Assembly: GCA_950097015.1 (NCBI GenBank)
Contig: CATNEN010000038.1
Location: 27,652,001 to 27,716,000 of the forward strand
Reading direction: 5' to 3'
DNA from: Macrostomum hystrix
Taxonomy: Eukaryota > Animalia > Platyhelminthes
DNA: 64,000 nt
Each line of letters opens with the position of its first letter. Position 1 is the first letter of the stretch. Below the pieces are notes generated by a model. That model did no database searches, had not been told where the DNA came from, and saw only the letters and a program-made list of their open reading frames with translations. This document shows positions 1 to 13,400 of this stretch, one piece after another. Both the position numbers and the translations under genes were made by a program.

Positions 1-1087
1 TATCATGTGTCGGTCTGGGATTTTCGCTTTAACTCTCGGCGTGCACTATTCGATTATTTTGCTCTGGCTGTATCAAGATCTCCACTCGACAAACAAAAAA
101 GCATTTTAAGCTAAGAAGTTTTCTCATTTGATTCTGGCTTTGACCTCCCGGCGAATTCCAGCAAGAAAACGGCACGCACCGGTGTCAAATTCGTGCCTAA
201 TTAAACTGCGAGCTCTCATTTTATAAATAAAAATAGACTATAGGCTTGATCGGCAGATCGAGAGCTCTAAGGCGTCTACTTTTGGGCTCTGAGTACGGTG
301 AGATTGGGTTTATCTGAGGTGAGTCACGCTGCTTGTTCCTGTCAACTAGAGGCTTATCTGTCGATAGTTGTGTACAGAATTTGCTCGAAAATGGAAAACG
401 AGGGACGCAGAAAAAGCCTTAGTCGAGTGTAGAAGTCGAGATTTGCGGATGAAAATGGAATGGCAAACAAGCGCTTCACTTTCGGATCATTTCTTTGACT
501 GACCGGGAGGGAATGCAGCGAACTGAGGGAACTAATCCGCAAGGATTACTTCGGCAAGATGGAGATAGAGAGCTGGCCGAATTGAGTAGAATCAGTTTGA
601 TCAATGCGAAAGCTTTAGAAAGCTGCCACAGCCTGCCGGTCCACTCCCAGTTTCAATGGGCCGATCATGTTTCCTGCCAGTCTCTGACCATCTCTGAAGG
701 CGTGATTTTGCGTGGGATAAGAGGATGTCAGCTTGAAGAAGTTGCGAACTACTGAATCGAACAGAATGGGAAACTGTGAGTTCATCAGAATCGTCAACCT
801 CCGTCATTGTCCAGCTGAGCTAGCCTGAGGTCTTTCCGGTATTCACAACGCTCCGAGAAAATCAAGAAGATGAGCTAAGAAAGAACAGGATGTGAAAAAT
901 AGCGCCTGGACAGTTTGATGCGAGAACCTTTTTACCTGGAATCTAAGTGCCGCTTTTCATGGCTCAGGACAACAGCTCGATTTAGACTTCCTGTGAAGCT
1001 TTTAATTTCGCACTCTAAATGGAACTACTGCGGCTGTTAGATTGAATAAAAACTAGAATCTAGGGACAGAATCCAAAAACATCTTGC

Positions 1088-1446
1088 CTTGAGCAGTCTT
1101 TGATGCGTGCCTGGCACCGGGGCACTATTGCCTCGTACGGCAAAATCGAGGTCAGCTCGGGTCATGCTCGGATGATGCCCCATAAGCGGTAGAGTCGACT
1201 CGACGACCGATTGATAATGAGCCAGTAGGGCCGCATGACTCCAGCTTGTGTTGCGCCAATGTCTGACGGATGTCGCCGAGTCCACGGGTCCGGAGACAAG
1301 GCGCTGATTTGACAGCTGCAGGTTGGAGCCCAGCTGGGGGAACCACTGGATCTTGGTGGAAACTGAATCCTGGCCGACACTCGATGACACGGCCGACGCT
1401 GTCACCCGACCGAGATCGGACAAGTCAAAGCTAGTGCTGATTCCAC
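1088..1446 (-). CDS. TENM: Teneurin exon (YD region) ending at a probable GC donor
   Basis: ttcag acceptor, phase matches the upstream exon; ends AAG|GCAAGA. Confidence 0.75.
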
Positions 1447-4400
1447 CTGAATTTTAATTACATAATTACGTAGCTTTTAGATTTCTCTCACATAAACTGA
1501 CTGACAGATTTCAAATGATAGAAGCGAAAGTGAGGTAGTCTACTTTAATAAAAACATTTATTAAACAACAAAAAATAAAATGTAGCTTTGCCATGCTTGC
1601 CACATTGCGAGTCTAAACCAAAATAGTAAAGTAAGGGAGTAAGAAGGAAAGCACACCTGGACGAACCAGTCATCTTAACTGTTCCCAGTTTAAAGTACAA
1701 GCTAAGGAGTAGACACTGCGCTTATGCATCTGGTCGAGATTCGGGTCTATCTTTTGCTTTCAACTACATACAAAACAATCACAATGTAAGCAAACAAGAA
1801 TTGGGGGTAATCAAGATTCAGAATGGCTTCAGAAACGAAAGAGAAAGGAAATTTGATACAATTTTGACGTTCCATCTATGCCAAACCGTATGTGAAGCTA
1901 GACATTCCCGCAGACATCCCTGACATCGCAGATCCCAAAAAATCTTATGACATTTTCGTTTCTTCCTTCGGACACACCAGCGCCGAAGCATCCAACCTCA
2001 ACCTACAGATGCGGACCCTTCACTTGTGTTGCTGAACTTTCGTGTTTAAAGACTTCTTTATGGAGATGACTGCTGTGTCCTTTCTAAAGCCGAGCTGCAG
2101 GAAGATTTGGTTTCTAGGAGCACTTTTCCGGTGAAAATCACAGCAGTAGGAATTTATCTCTCGCCCACAAATAATTAAAAGATACGAGTTGATTTAGCCA
2201 GCGTACAAAGTGTCGGTAGGCTTGTTCTAAGGACACAAACTCTGACATTAGGAGAGGTCAACTGAAATTCCCAAGCGTGAATGATTGTGGGATTTGTAAG
2301 GAAATAAGGGGCCTCGCAGAGTAGGTCGTGACAGTGCGTATACACATGCCTCTTGGCGATACTCTGGAATGAATGCCTGCAAGATGAGATGCAACTTAAT
2401 ATTAGGTTGAGAATCCATTTGGTGCCCTGGCTTGGCCAAACTGCAGAAATGTCCTCGGGGAATTGGAGTAGAGGGCGATCCGCTGCTCACTTCCCCTCCG
2501 AAGCGATCCTGTTCTGCCCCTAGTCACTGGGGGTATGAAGTGTGACTCACTGGCCAGTGAAGTGAACTGACCGGTCAAAGAAAGATGAGGCGCGCCCCTG
2601 ACGAATCGGAGTCAATGATGTCGGAACTGAGGGTTGGAACCGTGTGGTGAACGACCGCAATTTCCTACTCTGCAATCTCATAGTGGGCTTCGATTCCAAA
2701 GCAAATCAGGAGACCTCGAGTCCATTTAAATATTTGCATAACACTCGTAGTAAAGCAAAATTTGTCTATTTTCCGACTGTTTCAGTACTAATGGGTTCTC
2801 TTACTTAAGTGAACTGGATGAATTATATTATATGATGAAAAAGTTGCACTTCTGTCGGAATTGTTCAATGTCTCGACGTTCTAAAAAGGCGGTGACTTGG
2901 ATTCAGAAGGCGCACAGAGATTTTGTTTGTGTTCTAGAATTTGCGCGTTGCTTCGTTGTGGCGTAGCTGAAAAATTATCAGAAGATCATTATACCCCTAA
3001 GTACGAGAAGGAATTTGTGTCCCGGAAAGTGTTTCTTACAACCCAGGAAACAATTTAGGTAGCTACCTAAGGCCTAGCCACAAAATACTTTTTGCGATTT
3101 GTTTGACAAAGCCCGGTGAGAAGGTTTTTTCGATCTGTCTGCTGATCAGTAAGCATCGGTGGGCCCTCGTCCACCTCGTCATTATTAAAGTTTCATGAGG
3201 GCTCGGAACTCTAAGCTTGAGCACAGAGGACGAGAATGAATGAAGACCGAGTGAATGATGCGGATATGAAAAAGGTGGATGATGGGGTAGCACAAGCTTA
3301 TAATGGCCGTGTTACTACACATTTCCTCCGAGGCAGCTTTGCTTACCTCCTGAGACAGGACATGTCTGACAACTTTTTGTTCAACATCAGGCAAGCTGTG
3401 CTGCGCATCCTTCAAAGCAAAATAATTGGACCTTGTTTGAGAATATGGAAGTGGAAAATGACCAGGTTCCTACCTCGAAGCTCTCGGCATCGATTATAGG
3501 TTTTCCAGTTCGTATTTTTAGAAGCGGAAAAATCTAAAACTTTGGTTGGACTTTTGGCAAACAATCGATGCGCGAAAAAAAGCACACGACACTTTGCTTA
3601 TGTGAACGCAAACTGTTTGAACGGGAAATATTTCACGATTGGCTAACCTATATCGGCGGATTCCTAGTGCATGCCAGCATAATTGGATACAAAAAATACA
3701 GAGGACATTACCCAAAATCTTTCGGCTGGCTTTACGGGTAAAAGGAAGATTACTAGGATAGGAAGAAAAAATGAGGAAAGCAAAAGTGGAAAGAAAGAGT
3801 CTCAGCAGACAGGAGACAGGCGGTTGTTGCAACTTGGCCAGCCCCTCCAACTGGTGTGTCCCACAACTGTGTCAGTTCTGGCGCATTCTCTCACTGCGAA
3901 AAAATTCCCAACGCGCTTCTCGTCATTCTTCTTCAAGCCGGAACTGACAGGCTTGCCCAGTAGTTAGTTGCAGTCCATAGTCCAGAAGGCCACAAAATGT
4001 TTCCCATTGGAAGCTAAACGCTTTGAATTTGCTACATAATTTGTTAATGTGCAGCTTTTCTAAAGCCATATCTCTTCCGTAGTGAGAATAGCCACAACCT
4101 CTGTTGGTGTTGCCTGAAGCATGATTTATGGGCGGCAGCTCAACCACCAAAACTAGCTATATGGAAGTATCAAGCAACTCCAAAAACGTGTGTCAGCTTT
4201 TTCTCTGCACCCGGTTCTTGTTATGTCTTGGCGCAGTGGCTGTGGGAGTTGTGAGTCAAGTGCTTAATTGGGCAGGACACATCTAGGTAAGCTACGCCTT
4301 TGAACGGCGCCTCACTCAGACAATTATTCTAATGATTTATGATTCAATGAATGTGCAATGCCACACCTCGTAAATAAGGCTACTTAGAAAGTCAATGGGC

Positions 4401-7400
4401 AATCATAAAAGAAGCATTTTTGTGTAATAAGTAGCTGAATAATTTCCTGATATGTTAGCACCACCGCCATAAATAAGACGGGACATTGTTCAGATTAGAT
4501 TAACTGCCTCAGCTTGATCGTGAGCTACTCTATTCTACAGGCTACAGCCGCAGGTAGGCAGGTAGGTGGCATCTAATTTGAAAGGGCCCACAAGAGGCCT
4601 CTTTAGACTATCGGCTTACCAGAAATTGATACTGCTTCCTCGATCTAACAGGCTCGCACTTTAACTTTTATTAGCTTTGCTTGCCACTAAGCGATAATCC
4701 GTCACAGATCTAATTTGTGTACATAAGTACTGGTTGTTCATGGCGGGATGCGGAAGTAGGGATTCGGAGACAACCATTTGATGTGAGTAAATTAGGGAAA
4801 TGGACTGATGTGCGCAGTCCCTGATCAACAAAATCACTGATTTTTGCAAATTTTAAAGTAGAATTTGTATTAGGCTCGTACGATTACAAAATACTCTAAA
4901 ATCTACCTTCTATCTGATAAGCTAATAAAATAAACTGGTTGACAACATTAATATAAAAGGGCCGACTATATTAAGCAGCATGTTTGTCGATTTGCCAAGG
5001 GTCCATATTCATTGCCAAATCGACAACAACATCTAAATTGAAATTAAATGCGACAACAGCGAGACGAGACGACAGCCGTAGCTAAGTATGCCATCTTCAG
5101 GGCTCTGACGGGCCCCGAAGTGTTTGTGACTTGCCCGAACTGGAGTCATGCAGCCCGCTGACTGTGGCGGAACCGCAACTATCTGCTGCTGAGGAGGCAG
5201 GGAACCCAGACTGCGATAAGCTGCCATCATTACCGACGATGCAATCCGTGCGCACACCTGTCTCGCCTAGAATCCAGCGTCGCAACTCCTTCCTTTGCCC
5301 GTCCGGACCGGAAATAGCCGCCAGGTGGCCCTGAACGTCAGCGCCGCCGTCGCCTGACGGCCTCGTCATGTCCGGCTGGTTGTACTCGAACTGCCAGGTG
5401 CGACCGTCGCCCGTCGATAATCCAGTGAGATAGCCTCGAGATTTGGTATCGATCGAGTCGCCGATGCGAGAGTAGTGACGATCGTACTTAAGAGACAAAT
5501 TGAACATGTTCTCCGTGTCTTCAATCTTTTCTAAGTAGCCAAAATAGTCATCATATGTTAGCCGCGTCCAGCCACCGTCTGGTCCGATGATTTCGCAACT
5601 AGAGCGCGAATGGTTGAATTCGAATTTTCGGCTGCCAACATGGATAGCCAGGACGGCCGCGCCGAGGTTGTTATCGAAGCTCGAGTGCGAGAAGTTAAAC
5701 TTCACCACCCCAGTGGCAGCATCCTCTGTGCTTACATGCTTTCCATCCGAGTTGAAGGTAAAAAGCTCTGTGGCGTCCGCTGACATCACCTGTTTAGAAA
5801 ATGAGATAGTGAATGAGATTGATGAATCTATTATTTTTTACTGTATACGCTCGTAGTGTAGTGTATCTCATTATGATATCGAGAATGCCTATTTGAAAAA
5901 AACGAAGGTATATCTACGCTCGTAGACTTATGTACCCAAATATTTATACTTTTGACACAATTACAACTCTTCATTTTGGATTTTTTATCAAGCGCAGCGT
6001 TTAAAGTAAAAAAACCAACCTGGTATGTTCGCGATCCGCTGAGCAGAGGCAGCTGCTGATGCACCCGATGGACTCTTGCAGCTTCTCGGTCCGCTAAGAA
6101 GACCTCGCCGAACGGGCTGACAGCCACGGAACCGAGTGACCGGAATCGAGCCCTGGACGCCGGACCCAACAGAACATCTGCTACCATTGGCTCGCTCGCC
6201 CCGGCCTCCTGACCGGCGAAAGGATGCAGGCGACCGTCCGATCGCAGAACTCGAACTCTCGGAGACGAAGTCGCATCGGTAGCTTCAGTAATGTACAACT
6301 CGCCGCGATGGCTGAAAGCGATTCCACGAGGTTCATGAAGTGTTTCCTCGAACGCAGCAAGCGGTCGAACTGAAGGACTGGGCGGCGGCGGACAGTGCGG
6401 TGGCCGACCTGCCACCACGTGGACAAAGCCATCTGGGGTCAGCCGCAGCACACTCTGATCGTCGAGAAAGTACACGCTATTATCGACCGGATTGTAGGCT
6501 AATGCGGATGGCCAGCGTAGCTTGATGGAGCGCGCATGAATCATGCGGTAGCAGGGCCAGGGATAATAGTCTACTACTGAGTTACCCTGGCCAACGACAG
6601 TCTCGACAGTGGCCCGATCATCGACGCTGAAATCACCGGTCGGTACCAGGCGTCGAATATTCGGACCGTCTGCAAAGTAGAGCACGCCCCGTTTATCAAT
6701 AGCTAGACCCTTGGGTTCGATGAGTTTAGCTAGACGAGCGGGACCTCCGTCGCCGCAGGACTGAACCGTATCGCCATGACAAGCGTCGCCAGTTCCGCTG
6801 ATCAACTGGTACTCTGTAAGGTCGGGCTCTCTAAAGCGTAGCTGAAAAATTTGACGTCTAAATGGGTCGCTGACGAAGACAGAGAACAATCGACCGGATT
6901 GTTGCGTGATGTCGTTGGCCAGGTAATAGACAGTGGAGTCCATTTCAGCAGGCAGTTCTTGCAATGTTCGAATTTTCGATCTGCGTCCTCCTGGTGCCGC
7001 GTTTGCTGGCCAATCGGCGATTCGGATGTAACGGCCATCGCCAACCACCAGGTGACCAGCGTTTGTCACTGTAAGAGCAACTGGGGAGAGCAGCCTAGCT
7101 TCTGTCAGACTGACACCTTCTGATGACAGCTGACATTCGCTGCCGCAATTCGGTGATCGTCTGACGCCATTGCCAACTTCCGTCGACACTGTCCAGGGTC
7201 GCTGACTCACGTATTCTGTGCTGCCGTCTCCACGATGAATGACGCCTGGGGAAGGTCGGGTTAGTTGGTTTAGAGATCAAATAACCGACAGAAGCCTCAA
7301 AGCAGACTATGATCTAACTTGAGCGAATCGAAACCGATATTATCAGGCAAAGCAAGGTATCTTTTCGTGCATTGCAAAAATATTTTTTTGCTTTGAGTAG

Positions 7401-10400
7401 GCCTCACAAGTGATTCAATTATGCGCGATCGCTTCCTCTTTGGCGTTATCTAGGCCAGGTGACCCGGATTGGGGTCAACTAAAAATATAGATACTTGTAT
7501 TGGACTTGAAGCGGTTTGGGAAACTCAGAAGCAGCTCTCGACTTTAAACCACCAGCTTGACACTCTGGAGTTTGCAAAATTGCTACATTTTTCTCCAGGA
7601 ATATTTAACCATTTCTTTTTTGCCTACTGCTCTTGCTATTATTGCTAACCGGCCCCTTGAGTTTGCTGCTGTTGGGGTGCCGTGAACCCCCTTCACGCAC
7701 TTGTCCCGACACTTGACGACCTGAGCTGAACAGGCGATGCGTGACACGTGGATGGGATAAAAATCTTAACAGACGCGCGTGAAGGTTGGGGAGCGACGAT
7801 GAAGATTGGAGCGGGGGTGGTGAGCGGTACAAGGAAAGAGAAAATAATATTGAGAAAGAGGACATAAGAACTGGGCGTGTCTTGTCTTCCACAGACACAC
7901 ACCTTTCAGGCCTAGGCTCCCCATCCCAAATTTCACCTTCGTCACCTCGCAACTCATCAAGAAAAGCCAAGTACCTACCGATGATGAGCCTTGGCAGGAG
8001 GTGATGAGGCCTCTTCACCTTTAAGGTTACCGAAGGTAGAGGGAATGGGGATAAGAAGCGGTCCTGACTCTATTCCATTTTCTCGCTCTCTTTTCCAGCA
8101 ATCCGTTAAAGAGATGCCGCGAAAGAAGGTGTTAAATTCAGAAAATGAAGAAAGAAAATTGAAATTAGAAATATGAAAAAATGACATTTATGGCTCAATT
8201 CGATTGATAGATAGAAATCGGACCTTAGCCGAGTTGGTCCAGATGCACTGGCACTGGATGATTTTGGCAATTTTATAGCTAAGTCAACTGAAGCACTTGG
8301 GAATCAAGTGTCTTGCTCAAGAAAACAAACTGTTTCCCTTGAACTGAGAATGGAACTGCTAGCTTGTAGGTCAGATGCCCGAAGCTCTAACCACTAGGCT
8401 GAAAGTTCCCAAGACCCCAAATTTACGAGGTTACGAGCTCGTAGCTGTCATATAGCAAATACCCCTGTACAAGGGGTAAATACCCCCTACAGTATTGCTG
8501 CTTAAATATCCGCAGCAACGGTCACTGCATACCTAAGGTGTTTCATGCATACCTTTGACAAAGTCGTAGGCGTGTACAATGTCCAGACTCCATTGGCCTA
8601 GACGCGATGGCACAAGTTCGATACCGGACATCAACGCTGAAGTGAAATCCCAAACTATATCTGGACAGTTGGCGTACTTGTAGCCAACGGAAACTGCAAT
8701 GAGGATAAAAAGACGACAGATATTTCAATTTTGTCCTTCTTTAATACTAACTTTAAAGACATACGAGAAAAAGTTATGGGGGAAAACTTACTTCTGGCCT
8801 CGACTAGTCCCGTGTAGGGCCTGCCAAACGTGTCCATCCGATCCCACTGGAAAGTGTACGTCAAATTTGTATTGGCCTCAAAACGTTGCCTGTACAAGTT
8901 TCCACCGATGCTGACGTGGCAGAGAACCTCGACTAGGTCGGCTGGAATTCTGGCACCGGTGAGCTGAATGTCCAATGCGGTATGATAGCCGATTGATCTC
9001 GTTGAAACGTACACTAGCTGAAACGGAGCGTCCTGCACCGGGACCTGCAGACGAAGCGATCGTTTCTCCAAATATACGCTGGAAACTGGCTCAAAACTCG
9101 AAGACACCGTAGACCAAGCTGACGGCAATTCATCTATGTGATAGCTGGCGTGTACTCGCGGCCTCAGACGGTAGTAATCGTGTCCGGCGCCGCTAGGACA
9201 GCTCAGCGAGCCGACAGTTGGTGAGTACATCTGTCCGCCGAGCGGTAGCTCGTCGGATCGAGATCTCGGATTGGCGCTCATCACCACGGTGCCCAGGTGC
9301 AGGAAGGTATTGGTGGGCACGAAAATCGGAATGGCCAGGTTAAAGTTCTGGTCTCGATTAAAGACCCGAGCGAAGCTGAGCTTGACAGCCTTGCCGCCGA
9401 CCACAACCAGGAGGAAGGTGCCGTCTGACCGGGAAAGGGTGTTGCCGACCAGCGCGTTCTGCTCGTCCCAGACCCGGCAGGCCATGACGGATGAGCCGTC
9501 AGGGAGAATGATTCGGCCGACCACTACGGACATGAAACTGTCGGGTGAATATAGTAATAATTTGTTAGTGTGCAGAGGGTGCAGCTAATGGAAGGTACTT
9601 ATATTGGCTGTCGCCAGCTTTTCATTCCATAGACCGGCCCATTTATCAGCTAGGTGAACTCCTACAGCTGTGCTGAGACCTCAAACTCGCGACTAGTCTA
9701 CAAGCTCCCAACCCATCTAAACTAGTATTCAGAAGTCTTGAACTTACTTTGGATCGAAGCTGATGCTAGCGAACAACTGTACGCTCTCCTTGCCGATGAG
9801 AAACTTCACCCGACGTTCGAAGCTGCTGACCAACGGCAGTGGCGGCTCAGACAGCAGCACCTGACGCGGGTTGGTCCCCGAGATGCAGCTGTCGCCGGCG
9901 CGGCAGACCGAGTGCAGGCAGCAGTCAGGATCGTTGCAATCGATGAGGCCGTCTGAAATTTATATCATTATATTTTTTAGCTACAACAATGCGATGTACT
10001 CTGTCATTGAATGAAAAACAACCAGCAGCTTTTTTCACCTCCGTCATTGTCCAGCCCGTCTGCGCAGTCGCCCTCCACCGGGAACTGGCAAGCCGAGCCG
10101 CGCCACTTTCCGCCGCCGACGCAGACGCACTGCCAGTCGCCTCCTGGTCCGCTGCGCTCGCAGTTTCCTCGGTTGTTGCAGGCGTTCGGGCAGCCGTCTG
10201 GGTGGTGTGGAGGAATTGTTGAGTAACAATATTTAACTCGAGCATGACTGGTTTGAGCATTCTACTCTTAAACCGAGAGTTTTGGAGTTAAAATTAAGAT
10301 CATTGGGAAAAATATTTGTGTCCTTGAGAAAAACCTGTCTTAGACTAGTTGACAGGCGTCTAAGTCACATGCAATAGGCGCACAGCCTCACAGAGAAGGT

Positions 10401-13400
10401 TTTTGGGGCTTGTCGTGCAATTTACGCCCTCCAAGGCACAGTGAGATTGTACACTGCCTGACGATGAGAAAGTCAGGGAATATGTACACGCCTGTAATCG
10501 TATGTTCGTGTGCCTGTGAGCATACTTAGGTTGTTCAGCGGAACGGACAGAATTGACTTCTCGTTGGCTGCTGTTCGACTGTCGCCAATACTTTCGTCAG
10601 TAGCTGGGGTAGATATTCGTGCGAGTACCATCCCCCAGTCCATGGACTGAGCAGTTGTACGCAACCTCTAGATATTAAGTCTCTTGATGCGATAGGACTT
10701 CATCAAACTACATGTAGAAACGGCATGATTTTTATCAAGCCGTTGAAGCATGTCTTTATCAGTCGTCTGCTAATAGTGCTTGCAACTCGCAAGCATTTTT
10801 GCTTGGATTACAACCAGCAGAACGGCTCTGTATGTGTTTCTACCCTTGTAGAATTGTTTCCAGTTTGAAATCAAAGAGCGAAGACCCTGGATGACTGCGC
10901 CCTCTGGGAGGTCACTCATGGATGCACCGGCTTTGATATTAATCTCCGCCAAAGGATAACAAAGGGAGAATAGAATGGGAAGATTCTCATGAATCCCACG
11001 GCCTACCAGCATCTGCTCTAGCAACATTTTGCGCCTAAAATCGATTGCTTTTGATCTGAATATTTTCCCCTACCGAGAACTGCTCAAGCGTGCTCAGACA
11101 GTTCTCAGGAAATAATTTTCACATGATGACAGGTTTAATTTCTATTGGGAAGAGGCTGCCGTTTTGTTTAAACACACAAAATCTAATCAGTAGGAGCTTC
11201 CTTGTCATCCTTGAATTGTAGGTTGAAAACTCATAGGCCTATTGTTTTGTGTTTTGCAGTCTAGTTATCTAACCGATTGGGTTCATTTATGGACAGGTAA
11301 GGCAGACAGGTAAATAGTGTTATGGTAAAGTAGTCGGAAAAATAGACAGGTAGTTTGATCGATATATTGGTAGGTGAGGTTGGAAGTTGAATACGTAGTT
11401 AGGTATTCCGTCGGCTAGCAAGAATTCTCCCAATTCTAATGGCTTCTAAGCATTCACAAAGATACTGTACACAGGCACACGCTCACACAGGTGTGTACAT
11501 CTGCCCTGACTTTCTCATCGTCAGGCAGTATTCACTCTCATTGTGCCTTGGAGGCTGGCCTTCTCTCCGCGGCTGCGCCCCAAATGAATGTGGCCTCGTC
11601 GCGGAATCGAGCTCAGGGACCTTGGTGCGAGAGGCAAACGCGTTAACCTCTACTCTGCCACTCACCCCCTTGGTAGGTAGATATTTAGATAGGTAGGTAA
11701 ATAGTCATGTAAGTAGATTGTCATAGATCCATAGATAGGAAATGGATAGATATATTGTGTAAATAGACTTGAGTCCCATAGTCATAGAACTGGACAGAAC
11801 TACAGGATGAGTAGATTTTTTTGCATGTAAAATTATTTCGCAAAATACACACATTCAGCTTATGCTAAAAGGGGCTTATAGTATATGCATCAGTGAGCCC
11901 TGCACCTCGCTTTGAATTGTCTGCCAGCCTCCTTCTTTAGAAGAAATTTGAAGCCACTCAGCACTATCTAAAGGTTCTCTCTTTTGAAATTTTCAGTGCA
12001 TAGAAAAGGCTTCGTGCATTTTCTGCAGTAGCTTCACACCCATCCTGCAACACTGCAGTAGCTTCACACCCATCCTGCAACACTGCAGTAGCTTCATACC
12101 CATCCTGCAACACTGCAGTAGCTTCATACCCATCCTGCAACACTGCAGTAGCTTCATACCCATCCTGCAACACTGCAGTAGCTTCACACCCATCCTGCAA
12201 CACTGCAGTAGCTTCATACCCATCCTGCAACACTGCAGTAGCTTCATACCCATCCTGCAACACTGCAGTAGCTTCATACCCATCCTGCAACACTGCAGTA
12301 GCTTCATACCCATCCTGCAACACTGCAGTAGCTTCATACCCATCCTGCAACACTGCAGTAGCTTCATACCCATCCTGCAACACTGCAGTAGCTTCATACC
12401 CATCCTGCAACACTGCAGTAGCTTCATACCCATCCTGCAACACTACAGTAGCTTCATACCCATCCTGCAACACTGCAGTAGCTTCATACCCATCCTGCAA
12501 CACTGCAGTAGCTTCATACCCATCCTGCAACACTACAGTAGCTTCATACCCATCCTGCAACACTGCAGTAGCTTCATACCCATCCTGCAACACTGCAGTA
12601 GCTTCACACCCATCCTGCAACACTGCAGTAGCTTCATACCCATCCTGCAACACTGCAGTAGCTTCATACCCATCCTGCAACACTGCAGTAGCTTCACACC
12701 CATCCTGCAACACTGCAGTAGCTTCATACCCATCCTGCAACACTGCAGTAGCTTCATACCCATCCTGCAACACTGCAGTAGCTTCATACCCATCCTGCAA
12801 CACTGCAGTAGCTTCATACCCATCCTGCAACACTGCAGTAGCTTCATACCCATCCTGCAACACTACAGTAGCTTCATACCCATCCTGCAACACTGCAGTA
12901 GCTTCATACCCATCATGCAACACTGGAGTAGCTTCATACCCATCCTGCAACACTACAGTAGCTTCATACCCATCCTGCAACACTGCAGTAGCTTCATACC
13001 CATCCTGCAACACTGCAGTAGCTTCACACCCATCCTGCAACACTGCAGTAGCTTCACACCCATCCTGCAACACTGCAGTAGCTTCATACCCATCCTGCAA
13101 CACTGCAGTAGCTTCACACCCATCCTGCAACACTGCAGTAGCTTCACACCCATCCTGCAACACTGCAGTAGCTTCATACCCATCCTGCAACACTACAGTA
13201 GCTTCATACCCATCCTGCAACACTGCAGTAGCTTCATACCCATCCTGCAACACTGCAGTAGCTTCATACCCATCCTGCAACACTACAGTAGCTTCACACC
13301 CATCCTGCAACACTGCAGTAGCTTCATACCCATCATGCAACACTGGAGTAGCTTCATACCCATCCTGCAACACTACAGTAGCTTCATACCCATCCTGCAA

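Noticed and set aside
5097-5257. Teneurin C-terminus at the stop of ORF 5097-5789
   Set aside because: A phase-1 donor at 5257 joins the exon at 1446 and restores the ETG..T.F...GR motif, so the ORF tail is intronic.
7605-8187. Short overlapping ORFs here and at 354-807, 10770-11027 and 15476-15816
   Set aside because: No recognisable domain. The teneurin model needs no exon at the three internal positions, and I found no supported exon at 354-807. Possibly TE debris, but I cannot support that.
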